The notes under the pieces: model-generated
The model's database searches: none
Told to the model about the DNA's origin: nothing
Seen by the model: the letters and a program-made list of their open reading frames with translations, nothing else
Assembly: GCA_051362555.1 (NCBI GenBank)
Contig: CM120643.1
Coordinates: 23,192,848 to 23,256,847 of the forward strand
DNA from: Lingula anatina
Lineage: Eukaryota; Animalia; Brachiopoda
DNA length: 64,000 bases
Reading direction: 5' to 3'
Part shown: piece by piece, positions 13,112-26,000 of the stretch
How positions within the stretch are numbered: position 1 is the first letter of the stretch
Layout: the number at the start of each line of letters is the position of its first letter
Position numbers and translations under genes: made by a program

Positions 13112-16100
13112 AAAAAGAATCTAAAAATCATAAAACAGATGTTCCATATGTTTTTATTATGTCATATATCACATCCTTGCCCATTAGTCTTGTACTTGAT
13201 TTAAAAACATGGTGCTACTTTGCACTGTTACAAGAAGAACCTCCGATTACTCAACATAAAAGAATGGAAATCGACATAAACCAGTGTGTCCCGAAGTAAG
13301 CTTTGAGTTCCCATATTCTGGAAATGAACCAGTTTTTTCACATCCACAAATAAATCATTTGTCGTCTGTGCTATAAGTAGAAAAACACTCAAAAAGCGCA
13401 GACCTGCGCCCAGACAGCACACCTCTCCTTGTAATAATTGATTAATTTATTCATTAATGGATCACCACCAAAATTCGATCGATTTTTAGATAGGCAAAAC
13501 CACAAAAATTTGATCAATTCTAAGATTTTTGAAATATCCAGAAAATGTAATAACTTTTTGAATTCGACTGTTAACCAAAAATCCAACAAAGGCAAAAAAG
13601 GAACGCGAAAGTATTTAACTTGAGAGTAATTTTTTAAAATAATGTATCCGCACCCCTCGCGCAAGTATCTTATGCAAACGTAGCAATACTGACGGATTAG
13701 ATAGAAGATAACATTATTTTTATATTGTCCAGGACGTTCCCATCCAACTGTACTGACTGTGTGAAAACGTGTATACATAAGTCTGGTTTTATTTATGATA
13801 CTTTTACTATGAGCAATAAAAAGGTTGCCACCACGTGCACTACTATAGGTTGCCCCATCGGTGTAGTTTAATTCTGAATTCGCGAAGGACACCCCTTCCT
13901 GTTGCGGTTAAATAAATCTTCATCGATTTAAAACAGTATTGTTCTGGGTTGAATCCATGGCCTCGAGTTAATAACGTGCACTGATGCTCTCAGACAAACG
14001 CCGAATTTCAGAGGTCAGTGAGAATTCAACCCCTGTTATCAGCATGCTGATAATAAAGATGGGAGGCTCCAGTGACCCCTCAAAAGTCAGGGTGACCAGA
14101 CGTGGCTTAGCGGTCAAATGAGGCCGATGACCAACCAATACATTTCTCTCTCTCCCTTTATCTCTGGGCATTCATCGGGTCCTGAACGGTCAAGGTAATT
14201 TTTCCCACAGGTTGTATAGTTTATATCTTATTCAGCACATCGATTCCCGTGCGTTTTGTAATGACTTGAAATACCAATACCTGTTGGCGACCGCCTTCAC
14301 TGCTGTGATTAATTTTTATGATACAGACAGTTTTCGTGGGCCCTCTCACATTTGATATAGTTTGTAGTTGTTCAAACCATTCAAACCATGCAGTGCACGT
14401 CAGACCTATATTTATAATAAAAACAGTTTTCATGGAAATTTCAACACTTTCTCTTCATCACTGAGGTACACTTTATTCACAACCGTTAACAAATTTACTA
14501 TTTTCAAACACGGTTTTCATTTATAAGTTTCTATTATATTTTATATTGATTGAGAATGGTGAATGTCATAAAAATAATTTCTATTAAAGAAATCGAACAC
14601 AGTTTTACTGACCATAACATTATTAACAGTTTTATAGGACGTATTTTGGTGATTATGGGACAATTATCGTAATTTCCTCTTTGTTTTATCAAATAAAGCT
14701 CTTACGTGCATCACATACTTTTAAGTACTAAATTGGCGGAGGAATCGAGTGCTTCGCGGTACCACCTAAGGTCAAAATATAGGTGCCGCAACTCCTTCCA
14801 GCAGCACAGCGGGTTATTTGAGCCAAGTTGCTAAAAAACGTCGAAGTCAGCCGAGGTGAACTATTAAAAGGAGACGCAAAATATCACACCCTTCCCGTTT
14901 TGATATTGACGTCAAAATACCTTACTTTACGATTTGGTGACGTACATGTTCTCGTAGGGACCTGCAAATCACACTGATGATAAAAGTTTTGAATTAATTC
15001 ATGCTACAAAGAGGAGTATCTTTATAGATTTTAAATAGGTAATGAGTGGAGAACTGCAGATTAATGATGTGCAGAAATGAATGAATGCAGTTCTAGTGTT
15101 CTGGTTAATTGTACATCAAGTTTGGTCAAAAATGTGTCTTATACTCAATTACTTGCAAGCATTAATAAAACAAAAAGTATATTTGGGGCAAAAACCATTT
15201 AAAAATGGATAGGTAATCGTAAACGAGACAAGCTCTCTCTCTCTCGCTCTCTCTCTCCACATGACCACAACTACATATAAAGAAACCTCCCATCAGAAAC
15301 GAAGGTCAGCGTTCATCTTTTGTCCGAATCTCCAAGTGGAAAATGCTCTAAGTGTTAATCAGGGTCATGTTTCATGATATTTTAAGACTCTCGGGTTACC
15401 TCTGGCGTTGGTAAGCCCTCAAGGATGGAGGGGGCTCATGCTTTAAATATCTCAGCATCCGATGGTTATTTCTACCTGTATTTTTCTACACTTGTTGCCA
15501 GTGCTAATTACATACAGGACTCACACTCTTAAGGCAGTCTAGAACTGATTATTGTCTTCTTATTTCTAATTATTTAATTTCATTCAACATCCTTATATCT
15601 CGGTAATTATTTCAGATTTACTTTAAATTATTTTAACTTCTAAATCATACATGTCTAATTTATTTTATTTTAAATTCGCTGTGACAAGAATCACTTATCA
15701 CCTCCAAAGACCGAGGCATGCAGGGATTTACAACATGTTACAATAAAAGATTCAACCAATCTACTAGCACGGCGACGCTGACACGTTTACTTTTTCTCAT
15801 GCAGATAAATTTTTATGACAGATAAATCTATGGATGCAGATACTGGGGCTTACTCTTTCCCTACATTCCCCTAATGTTTTCTTATCGTTTCTCCAATCTT
15901 GACCTGAGACTAAACAACAAAAACATGAGTATCCTTTATCCACGCGTAAAATCAAAAAACGATGTTACTAATAAATGTACATTGTAATTTCAACATTGTG
16001 CTTAAACTACATGTAAGAGCGTAATGAACTGTTTTGACAAAATGTTTCTATCCACCAATTTTGCATCATTTATAGTAGAAATGATTGTATTTGATTTGAT

Positions 16101-18701
16101 TGTGTTTCATGCTACGATTTCAAAGGTCGCAAAACATAGGGCAACAAAAACTTCAGTCGTATCAGTGGTTTACTTGGTGCTTGTATTATTAATCTTTATT
16201 TACTTTGATTGCGTAAAGCTCTTTGCTACGGCTAGTTAACAGAACAATCTCTTTCATTGAATCGATTATCTCTTTATGCATTCATCCATTTATGGGGGAG
16301 AGTTTAAGTTCAACTGTGTCTACAGTTTTTTCTATACTTGATAGTTACATATATAGCTGCATATATTGAAAAACATCCGCCTATTAATTAAAACCACATT
16401 TAGTATTCGCACAGGTGTTATTCATTCATTTATCCATTTATGTATCCATTTGTGATTTGCTTTCTAATCCAATAATAAATTTTTGTAGAAATTTGGTAGG
16501 TTGCAATAATTCCGCATATTTCCGATCACAGAGAGAGAGAACATTGCCAATAGAAAAAGAATCAAGATAGGTTTGTTTATTTTACTGATAACTAATAATC
16601 TAAGTCCTGTTTGTTTCCTGTGACCAAAGACTTATAACACACATTTCCTTATCGTCGGGTAAAAACCTAAATTTCCATATCCATAAACTTATCTTATTGT
16701 TGTGTTCAATTTTTTATTGTTGTGTTCAATTCTTTATTTAAAAAAATATCGCAACTGCCTTTCGTAGTAAGCAGTCTTTCATAGCTGTTTATGATACATA
16801 TATCTCAGACACCGTTCCTGTCGTATATTGTGTTCGATTAAAGACTTAGAGGACAAATTACCTGTGCCTCTACAAACACTTTTTCTGTCCTCGCCATTTG
16901 CCGCGTTTATAGCTGTAAAACTTCATTTGTTGATAAAAAAGAGACGAAGTTAAATAGTGTAGCACACAGATGCCTGGAATGGCTTTATATATAGTTATGG
17001 TTTGCTATCAGGGCCACAAAAGCCAAAATATATAAATCTGGAAAAGGTGTTGTGAATGGATGAATCAAGTGAAGTTGACATTGCGCGAAAGCGCGATCAA
17101 ATCTACTCTTTCCTCTTTTAGGGACATAGGAAAAGTGTTTACTAGGCATTTCAAGATATATCTCTGGCTATTCACCTAGTGTCCATATTTCTGTACTCAC
17201 TCAGTTTCCCTCTGGAAGAGAATAACTTTAATCCGTACAACGGAGTATTCTGCGACATTCCACAACATGTAGCTCGTGTACTTTAAAGATTACCTCGTAC
17301 GTGTTCCAGTAGAATGCGTAGTCACCTCAGTCCGTAACGTGACCGTTGAATATTCAGGTAATGGCCACAGAGAGAATACGTATGAGAAGAAATCCCAAGG
17401 AGACGTCATAAAATGCATAAGATTCTTTAAGTATGCGCCTAAGGTAAATTTATAGGTCCAGTTACCTCAGCCAACAAGTGGGGTAATTTTTTCATCGGCG
17501 TGGGATTGTGAACAGATTAACTCAATAAGTTATTCACAAATAGTGATGAAGCTATCGGGATAGGTAGTCATTTGGGAGAAAAAGAAGTGAGAACGGTTTA
17601 AGAGAGAATCATTAGGAATCATTCTACATAAGTCAAAGTTTCGCAAGCAGGCGTAAAATCTAGTTTTTTTTTTTTTTTTTTTTTTTTTTGGGGGGGGGGG
17701 GGTCATTAAGAATAGGGGCCCAGAAGTAGTGACAGACTAGCGAGTGCGATGCGGCAACAATTATAAACTGACGAAATTTATCCACGGATAATTTTCTAGT
17801 TGCTTTCTAATAAGTTCAGTGGAATTGCTGACCATCGCACAAAGGCATGATTCTCACATTTTCTCGTCACGTCACGCAGTGCATAAAAGCTTCATTTCAG
17901 ACAATTTCTGGTGAGTTCTTAATATACTAAATTAACTCTATTCTTTGTTATTATAATTAGATAAATATATTTTGTCATGGGGGAAATATTCGCTTTGGAA
18001 ATGCTCTCTTATTCGCATCGCGGGCCAAGTATTGCAGACTTCTCTCATCTCATTTTTCAAAAGAAAACCCATAATTCATCATAGATTATGTCGCGGTTTT
18101 TAGATTGTCAAAAAGAAGCGACCCAGGATGGGTCCACATCAGATGTTTAATATATATATGTTGTACTACTGGGTTAACACTGTGTCCGTTAGGTGTCATC
18201 TCATTATATCATACATACTATAAATGCTAACCTATTTCACCCGTCACATATCAAATTTAAAAAGATAGCAAGAGGTACTGAACAACCACCCACATAAATA
18301 TAAACCAGTTAAGCGTCGTTTATATTTTCTCAAACATGATTACTCAACCCGTAAAATTATCTGCCTTACAGGTGAAAAGGGAGAAAAAAACGTAAAGAAG
18401 CATAATTTACTGAAAGAGATTGGAAGAGACTTGTGCGGCATACAGTACGTACCGATAACAGGTGAAGCTCCTCTCTCTTGATAAACCACGAGAGCAATGT
18501 CCCTATAAACGGGAACCGCCTGGGACCGGGCAGATCGTCTACGGTCCGATAAGGTGAGCCCTGATGACCGCCTTCCTGGGGGACTGGGCCTCCTGTTGGT
18601 GCCTTATCGGTGGTGGATGTCGTTGAGTCCACTGTGGACAGGCACGCATGCCTCTGATGATACTCCAAGTAAAATTTCCGGAACAGTTTTCTCAATGGCA
18701 T
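667..18701 (-). CDS. Mitochondrial-clan cytochrome P450 (CYP27/CYP24/CYP10-like), exons 1-5; 3' part continues beyond window start
   Basis: Exons (minus): 18701-18453, 2769-2579, 2200-2001, 1327-1127, 839-667. All junctions are GT-AG with matching phases (0,2,1,1,0). The product has an Arg/Lys-rich presequence-like N-terminus ([10 protein letters not shown]), a Pro hinge ([12 protein letters not shown]), KYGKM, C-helix [15 protein letters not shown] (WxxxR), [10 protein letters not shown] and I-helix DLMIGGVDT, all typical of mitochondrial-clan P450s. Intron 1 is about 15.7 kb. The subfamily cannot be fixed without a phylogeny. Confidence 0.92.
1510..1864 (+). mobile_element. TTAA-flanked MITE (Kolobok-like termini), copy 1, CYP intron 3
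   Basis: TTAA-AGAGATAATAAATCTTCGT ... ACGAAGAGTTATTATCCCT-TTAA. The body closely matches 4136-4744 and 21552-21905. A TTAA TSD with purine-purine 5' termini suggests Kolobok rather than piggyBac. Confidence 0.8.
3413..3456 (+). repeat. Hairpin-terminated repeat end shared with 11200-11244 (HINE-like 3' end)
   Basis: ACGAGCAGACCAATATACTTACGGAAATTTTTTCGCAAGTATA versus ACGAGCAGACTGACATACTCTTACGGAAATCTTTTCGCAAGTA; both end in an imperfect hairpin. Confidence 0.5.
3931..3967. repeat. (GT)n microsatellite
   Basis: Direct reading. Confidence 0.95.
4136..4744 (+). mobile_element. TTAA-flanked MITE (Kolobok-like), copy 2, with a nested foldback MITE in its right TIR
   Basis: Same body as copy 1 (TTGGCCAAAAA..GAATTTTCCTGGAGTAAACAACAATTTT..CATTCAAAGTTAGTCCC..GGTCACGTGGTCTAAAGACAAGCTCAGATATCAG). 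The right TIR is split at 4470/4733 by the nested insertion. Confidence 0.8.
4473..4729. mobile_element. Foldback MITE (PIF/Harbinger/Tourist-like), 257 bp
   Basis: Arms GGCTTCGTTCACATG...TTACTGGCAGCGCGAG and CTCGCGCTGCCAGTAA...CATGTGAATGAAGCC pair over nearly the whole length; flanks are TAA and TTA. Confidence 0.85.
8295..9952 (+). mobile_element. Tc1/mariner DNA transposon, full length (1658 bp), in CYP intron 1
   Basis: Perfect 28-bp TIRs CAGACTTGACATTTAATATGGAATATTT (8295-8322) and AAATATTCCATATTAAATGTCAAGTCTG (9925-9952), flanked by TA repeats on both sides, with a decayed transposase inside. Confidence 0.9.
8770..9630 (+). pseudogene. Decayed Tc1-type DDE transposase
   Basis: Fragments resemble Tc1 transposase motifs: [19 protein letters not shown] (cf. 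VLFSDESRF), [26 protein letters not shown] (cf. VMVWGGI...TPLVVIDGNLN), [17 protein letters not shown] near 9403-9452 (cf. LPWPAxSPDLNPIENLW) and [13 protein letters not shown]. Stops, frameshifts and loss of the catalytic acidic residues are evident. Boundaries are approximate. Confidence 0.85.
9953..10025. repeat. (TA)n microsatellite at the Tc1 right end
   Basis: Direct reading. Confidence 0.95.
10104..10346. mobile_element. Tc1/mariner-type MITE (about 240 bp)
   Basis: TA-CACACACTGGACAATAGAAGTGTCACC ... GGTGACACTTTTATTGTCCAGTGTGTG-TA: TIRs of about 27 bp with one mismatch and TA flanks. Confidence 0.8.
11244..11287. repeat. Poly(A) run of about 44 nt
   Basis: Direct reading. Confidence 0.95.
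12563..12612. repeat. (AAT)n microsatellite
   Basis: Direct reading. Confidence 0.95.
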
Positions 18702-20392
18702 CCTGGCTGCATTTGTGTAATATTGCTGTTTGTTGTTTATGCACGCTGTTGGTCAGCGGCGGTTTGGTTTGGAAATTCTACAACTTTTACTTGGTGGCTA
18801 GTTTGTGCGGAAATTCCTCATAGCGAGCCTTACGTATCGTTTACGTAGACCGTGCATTGTTCAGCCATAGCTCACAGCTTCTCCAAACTGGACTTGGCAT
18901 TCGAGTGGGTGTTGCCTTTTATTTCTGGGCGAGGGCTTGCTTTTTCTTTTGCCAACTTCCAACTTCGCTGAATACTTGTAAACATACGTGGTGGGTAGCC
19001 AAAAATAAATCGCTTGGTCGAAATTCCTCACCCACGCTTATTGCATGTCATTTACGCAAATGGTGCAAAGCTCTAGAATACTCTGCGCTGGAAGCAGGCG
19101 CCTGAACATGCGTCAATGTCACTGTTCATTCTTGCCTTGAAATGCAAATGGCTTCATAACGTTTTATTTACCGTAAACAACTGGAAAGCCACCCACGCAT
19201 CGTCAAGAAACCAGCAACGCCTTTCCGAGAAAAATGCATATTACTCTCATTCACAGAAAAAATAATTACCAGCCCAAGAAACTAGGATTTATTGTAAAAC
19301 TCTATCCTTACTATCCTTACAAAGAAGACCTCGCAGTAGTTTTTTTTCTTTGCGAAACAAAATCGAGCTCATCAATAGAAATGCTTACCTCCCTTCTTCA
19401 ACGTGGCTTCGATCAAAACGGCACGTGTATCTATTTCCATACTTTGTGCATAAATAGCTACCCCATTTCTTTGCATTTTTCCTCGTTCGGCGAAATGCTA
19501 TTCTTGTCCAGTGTATCCCCAAGCAGGTTTATGTGTATATATAACCAAAACCTTGTTAAATGTATATCGCTTATGTAAATCACCGGAAGTGTAAACGCAT
19601 TCAGCACAGGGCGAGGGTGCACATTACACCAAGTCTACCATGACGGTCAAATAGCATCACCGTTCTCTTCTAGGTCTTCATTTACCACGTTTGTTTTGCT
19701 CATTTAATCCGCGTTTACTTATATTTGGTTCTGTGTCGTAGTAAATAGCCACAGGCCGAGGGCGTGCATTAAGTATGTCACACGCTATCCATTCTGTTCA
19801 TCTTCAGAGGTCACGCAGGGGCCCGGGGCATGCGTACAATGACCTCATTTAACAGCTCCACAGCGCGCGCAGCGGAGGCGTGACGTTCAAAAAACTGAAC
19901 CCCTAGGTAATGACAGTGAACAATTTAAGGCGGAATTTACTAGAAGTGATCACCGTTCGTGACATTACCTGATACTCAGCGTCTTGCGTAGGCCTACAGT
20001 ATGTTTACAATTTTATGTGCATTGGAAATATGCCACATGATGATTGAAATTATCTCTGTTTAATATCAAACACCTTCAAATATAAAAAATAACTGAAACG
20101 GAATAGTACGCACATTGCACTAGTGGTCAGGTTGTTTGTCAAATCGTGTTAACACACTTTTTGACGGTGTAATGACCGACTGTAAACATACCTTATGAAC
20201 ATGATATGCACGGCTTTGGTATGTAGGCCTACACCTTCCTCGAGCTCAGGTGACTAATGACTGCCGCCGAGCAGCTTGACAAATACAACTAGTGAAAAGA
20301 AATGTTAATATCACGCTGACCTTTGACTTCAAATTCTCAGACAGGGTCAGGTATGATTTAACAAAATTTCACATAATAATACTACATAATCT

Positions 20393-20393
<1 letters not shown>

Positions 20394-20483
<90 letters not shown>
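20394..20483. repeat. (CA)n(TA)n compound microsatellite
   Basis: Direct reading. Confidence 0.95.
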
Positions 20484-20490
<7 letters not shown>

Positions 20491-21204
20491 TACTGGTTCT
20501 GACTGAGTACCGTTTTTGTCATCTCCTGGTTGTTCTACCAGACTGCTGTAGGATTCTTGCTGTTGATAATGACATATTTTCAATCGTAATATGAGGCAAC
20601 ATCACGTAATTTCAATGTAATGTGAGAACGTACGTGACTCTGCTCATGAAAAAGTAATTAGGTAGTCCGAGTGGCACTGAAGACGAATAAAATGATTGAT
20701 TATAAATAAATGAATAAATAGTTGAGAGGGAGAGAGAGAGGGAGAAAGAGAGATACAGAGAAGTACAGAGTAGTACATTTATATGCCATCTTTTTTTAAG
20801 AAATTACCAACCCCTATAAAAAGTCGGCACTTTATATTGGTTTCTGAATTAACCTCCACGGGAATATTAAATCTGTTGAGACAACCAAACTGAAATTTAT
20901 CAAAGCTACAACTTATCATTCGATACGAGAGACTAAATCGTGAAGTTACAAAGAGTGATATGGTATTAAACTGCAACGGATTTTGATTTATCCAAAATTA
21001 AAATCGAACAATTAAATCAAAGTTTGGTCCCATGTGTGGCAGTAAATGTGTATGTACCAGGTACATCAATGAATATATATGTGTAAAATTATAACGATAA
21101 ATGAATGAATTAACTGATAAACCATGACAAAGGCGAAGTGTCATGTTTGACGAGAATTCTATGTGGTGGTGATGGAATTTTGAATGTGTGATTTATTATT
21201 TCAC

Positions 21205-21207
<3 letters not shown>

Positions 21208-21287
<80 letters not shown>
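21208..21287. repeat. (TA)n microsatellite
   Basis: Direct reading. Confidence 0.95.
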
Positions 21288-21291
<4 letters not shown>

Positions 21292-21551
21292 AGACAAGAT
21301 ATTTTATATACATGCCAACACAATTAATCAGTTTATGGACTAAAATTATTAATTTTGATAACAGCGTCTTATTAAGATAAGCTTATCTATATGATTTGCA
21401 GAATTACTATCTTCCAAGCACACCCGATGTACGCAACTTTAACCATGGACACTTATCATAGTGTGACGACGTGAAAATATTTTGTGTGAAAATGGTTTTG
21501 AAGACATCTGGTTATTAACACAAAAGGCAGAGAAAAAATTCGCACAGGTAT

Positions 21552-21905
21552 CTAAAGGGGTAGCAACTGTTCATTGTGACAAAAAAAAAATGGATTTTTC
21601 TGGGATAAACGACAATTTTCCCATACTTATCAATGCTTGTTGAATCCGTTCCAGCATTCAAAGTTAGTCCCTGTTTTTTTTCAAAAAGTTTTTTTTTTGT
21701 GATAATCTCTGAAAAGATTGTCAGAGGGGATAGCCATCTATGGAAGTCATGTGGTCTGATGGCAAGCACAGATTCCAGAATAATTGCGATAACTGCCGTT
21801 TTGGTGGTAAAATAGAAACTATTATATTTCTGTGAGTTGTTTACAATGTTTTTTTTTTTTTTTTGTGAAATATGGATCTCATATGGAGAGCTGTTATCCC
21901 TTTAA
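21552..21905 (+). mobile_element. TTAA-flanked MITE (Kolobok-like), copy 3, more diverged
   Basis: Shares ACAATTTTCCCATACTTA, CATTCAAAGTTAGTCCCTG, GTGGTAAAA and the 3' end GAGCTGTTATCCCTTTAA with copies 1 and 2. Confidence 0.75.
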
Positions 21906-23046
21906 GAGATGTCTAATTGTAAGCTATGTAAAGTTGGCACAATGGCATAATGGCATAAGCTTTAGAAATGCTTAACTGATCATGAGGATGTATTGCCATT
22001 TTTAAACAAGTTCAACAAAGAAATCTGCCTTGATGCCTTAATCCTAATCATACCAGCATATTTCGCAACACATTCCTACTGGGTGGGGTCGCTAAAGACC
22101 CCATATCAAATACCGACATTTTTTGTATAAACACAAAAGAAGTTTTTTGGTAGATAAATCAACGTTATAATACATATTGCTGGTGAGCTGCAATACTATT
22201 CTTTGCCGAGGTAATTTCAAGGTAATTTGATTACACAAATTGGCTTAAAGAAGTAATGTATACATTTTTTCAAATTAATTTTTTCTTTGTTTCTAGCCCT
22301 AGTTTTAATAAAATGTCTAACAAACTATCACTGTGTATCATTCCAATGTTTTTGCTTTTTCGAATGGCATCAAAGAATTTATTTATGATCAGTGATAATT
22401 GCTGAGGTATAGCATTTAAAAAATACATTCATTTATCGACCACTTATCTCTCAAAAGTTAATTTAAATTCCAAACTTTACCTTCTTAATATGAAAACTGG
22501 AGGAAAGCGCCTGAAGGAATCACAGATAAAGTAACGAGACAGGGTAAGGATGCAAGCAAATGAAAATGATAAACGAAATAAAAAAAAGGCGATGAAAAAA
22601 GAAAATCTGTTGATCATACGAGTACGGTGGAAACAAGAGAAGATGCGAGGAAGTTATATAAAGGTTATCAATAACAAAACTGCTTTATTTTGGTTTAAAA
22701 AACTTACCAATCGTCCTTTTTGTTCTTCTTGTATTATGTGATGTAGAGCATAGTAACATTTTCGTTCAATCCTCGAAAGACTTTTATTGTTGGTTGTTCG
22801 ATATTTGGCCAAACAAGGCCGCATTTATTATAACAATGTATTTATTATAACACTATACTAACAATGTAACATAAATACTGTAGCAACTTGAACAGTTAGC
22901 CTGTAGTCATATTTTTAAAACCATTCTCTCTGATTCCGATACATGTCGGCTTTCTTTTTACTAATTATTGGCATTATAAATTCAATTTATACACAAACAT
23001 GCAGTGTAGAGAACTTGTTTATGTACCAACGCATTATTATGAACTT

Positions 23047-23084
<38 letters not shown>

Positions 23085-26000
23085 TCTTAGTACTACTATT
23101 ATTACTATTACTGCCGCAGAAGTGTGTTTGGATCCAACGAAGTATAAACTCTTCTTTTCTGTTAAGGAGAAGCACCCTGGGCATGGCATTGTATTCCTAA
23201 CCAGGTCATTCCTTTCCTCTCCTCTGTTGAATAATGCCGTCATGAGGTTGCCAGATAATCTAGGCCATAGATTTCAACTTTGTTCATCTGATTTCCAGCT
23301 AGCAAGAAAAATATCCAGTTGTCTAATAAAAAAAAAAAACAATTTACATCGAAACATGGATGTAACAGAGTCCTATATGAGTCTACATTCGAATAAAATT
23401 ATCACAGAAAATAATCAGTAAGAGGCGTTGTCAAACCACTCCCCTTGCTAAGAATAAAACCTGTAATTGTGATAAAAAAAGATTTGAACTAAAACGTGAG
23501 CAGATAACTTGTGGCTACGGGATAACCCAGCGCACGTAGAAAACGCTTGTGTGTGCCAGGTTACATACATAGAATCTTTTTGTGTGGTTTAGAATCGGCA
23601 CATTTCTAAAAATCATCATTTAAAGTACAAAAATATTGTTTTGTTACTGCATATTTTTAATGAATTATTATCAATGAACCTAAAAAATAATAAATAGATA
23701 AATAAGTAATGATATAAAGTATATACAATTTCATGAATTATTAAAACCATTTTAGGCAGAAAACCCCTTTCAGTACCCTGTTTCATGTAGCCATTATAAA
23801 TGTCCATTCCATCACTTTGGAGAATTTGGACCTGGTGGACACTACCAGAAAATTAATATGAACACCTTATTTCAGCTACTTGTGGTCTAAACAAGTTTTT
23901 TTGCATTATTTGTTCACGATTTATGACAGAGTTGTAAGATTACTCCGTCGCATTTTGCTATTCCAAACTTCCTTTTGTTGCTGGAAGGGGGGAAGGGGTC
24001 ATTTGGGTCGAGATAACCTGGTATTAATATTCAGTATACATTCAGGATTTTTGTAATAAATTCCATCGTTAAACACACAAATGATAAAATAAGATAATGA
24101 GTATTACCGCTGTAAAGTACTGACCTATAGGTACAGCATCTAGGCCATTGAGTATACACATAAAACGTTGGAACCACCGGGAAACAATTGCTGAAGCCAC
24201 GTGATTTCATCGCGCATTCTGAACACTCAGTGCCACTGCAGTTTTGAGTCTTGATTAAGTTTCAATAGGCCATTTTTTTTATAAACAAAAAAAAAATATG
24301 AACATAAATACGTAAGCCGTACAGGTAATTAGGAAAGTATTTATTAAATATCAAAACTATTTTCTTTGCTCATGTTCACGATATAAAAGACATGCAACAA
24401 ATTCATACAATTGTAAATAATATAATTATTTCGTTTTATTCTATTTTTCAGACTCACCTGATCCTTCAACAAATAAGGCAAGGGGGAACATATAAAAGTC
24501 CTGAACCTGAGAAAGCAGGTACTTAAAAAAGGAACCATGCCCCGTGTCTTTGATGTCATACTTGAACCATGCAGACGTTTGAATAATAACCAATGCCTTA
24601 AGCATATGTCTACACCGAGTGACATTAAAATGTTGAAAAATAGAAGAAAAAACTGATGCTAGTTACACAGTTAAATGTAAGGTAGTTTACGTAGACATCC
24701 TGTCTTATTATAAAGTAATGGGAGCAGATATTTTAATGCGTTTACACTTGGACACGGCTCAACAATCATCACTTTCCTTTGCAGTTCAATGTTTTTCCTT
24801 GAAACAAAACAAGCTTTCCATAGCTTCATAATTGCTTGTTGCTTGTTGCTGTAGTAGCTAGAAAAATTGATTATGAGTTCATTTTGTAAAAATCGGGAAA
24901 ATAAAAATACTCACGATTGACAGATTTCGTATTTTTATTTTAAAAATAGAAAATCATTTATGATTTTTATAAATCAGAAGCGTACAGATATATAGGTTTC
25001 ATACAGTATGTAAGTTTTGAATTTTTGAAAACGCGAAAATTTGTAGCTAGTCTACAGCCCGTTGTGGTGCCTTTAAAGATATCAGGTTACTGAGGTGTGT
25101 GAGGTGTGTTGTCCTTACCATTTACCATCCAAACTAGAAGGAGTTTATTTAAAAAAAATCAATGGAAACAATGTTCAAACGTTTCTGAAAGTAGTTGCCT
25201 TTGAAACAGATTTCAGTAACTATATGTATATCCGATACTTACAGACATTCCCTATAATTTATTGTTTTTTTTTTTTGTTTTTTTGAAACCATATTAAATT
25301 TTTATAAGAAGCGGTTACACTTGGACACGACTTTGACAGAAGTTTATTTGAAAAATGTGGCAATAAAGCACATTCGTCCAGGAAAGTTGGGGACTGTGAA
25401 GCCGATTTTAAACCATATCCATGTATATATTATGCTTACAAACATTTCTTTTGAATGTTATTTATTTATGTAGTTATTGAAACCATGTCTGGTAACAAAA
25501 CAAGAACAGCGGAATAAAAGATACATAGTGCACATTGAAAATGCACGAAAACAATGTGCCATTGTTAGTACAACTGAATAATGTTGAGGCTAAAAAAAGG
25601 ATATGTGACTATGTAATGTGAATAAAAACACGAACAAAACTGACAATTGTGCATCCTGAGAGAAGGGGGGGGTAACATTGGGAAAGTATTCTGATTAAAA
25701 CCACTTGAAAAAAAATTAAATGATTGAATAAAGTGGGTTCAGTATATGTACCCCAACAAGTCTCGGGAAGTGATTTGATGAAAATCCTCCCTCATACATG
25801 TCACTCTCTCTGATTAGGCAAACCAGTATTGAAATTAGATAACGATTGCTTGATTGAGGAGGCTGGTGATAACAAAGACGCACAGTAACATATTTTCAGC
25901 GATCGAAACGAGATAAGAAAAGTTGTTCTTGCATGATAACTTACAATAGTCAGCACAGAATGTGAAGGGTCCTGTTCCAACTCTAAACGAGTTTTTTTTG

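Noticed and set aside
22038-24035. Possible piggyBac-like non-autonomous element (TTAATCCTAATC...GGGGTCGCTAAAGACCCC)
   Set aside because: A matching right terminus could not be established.
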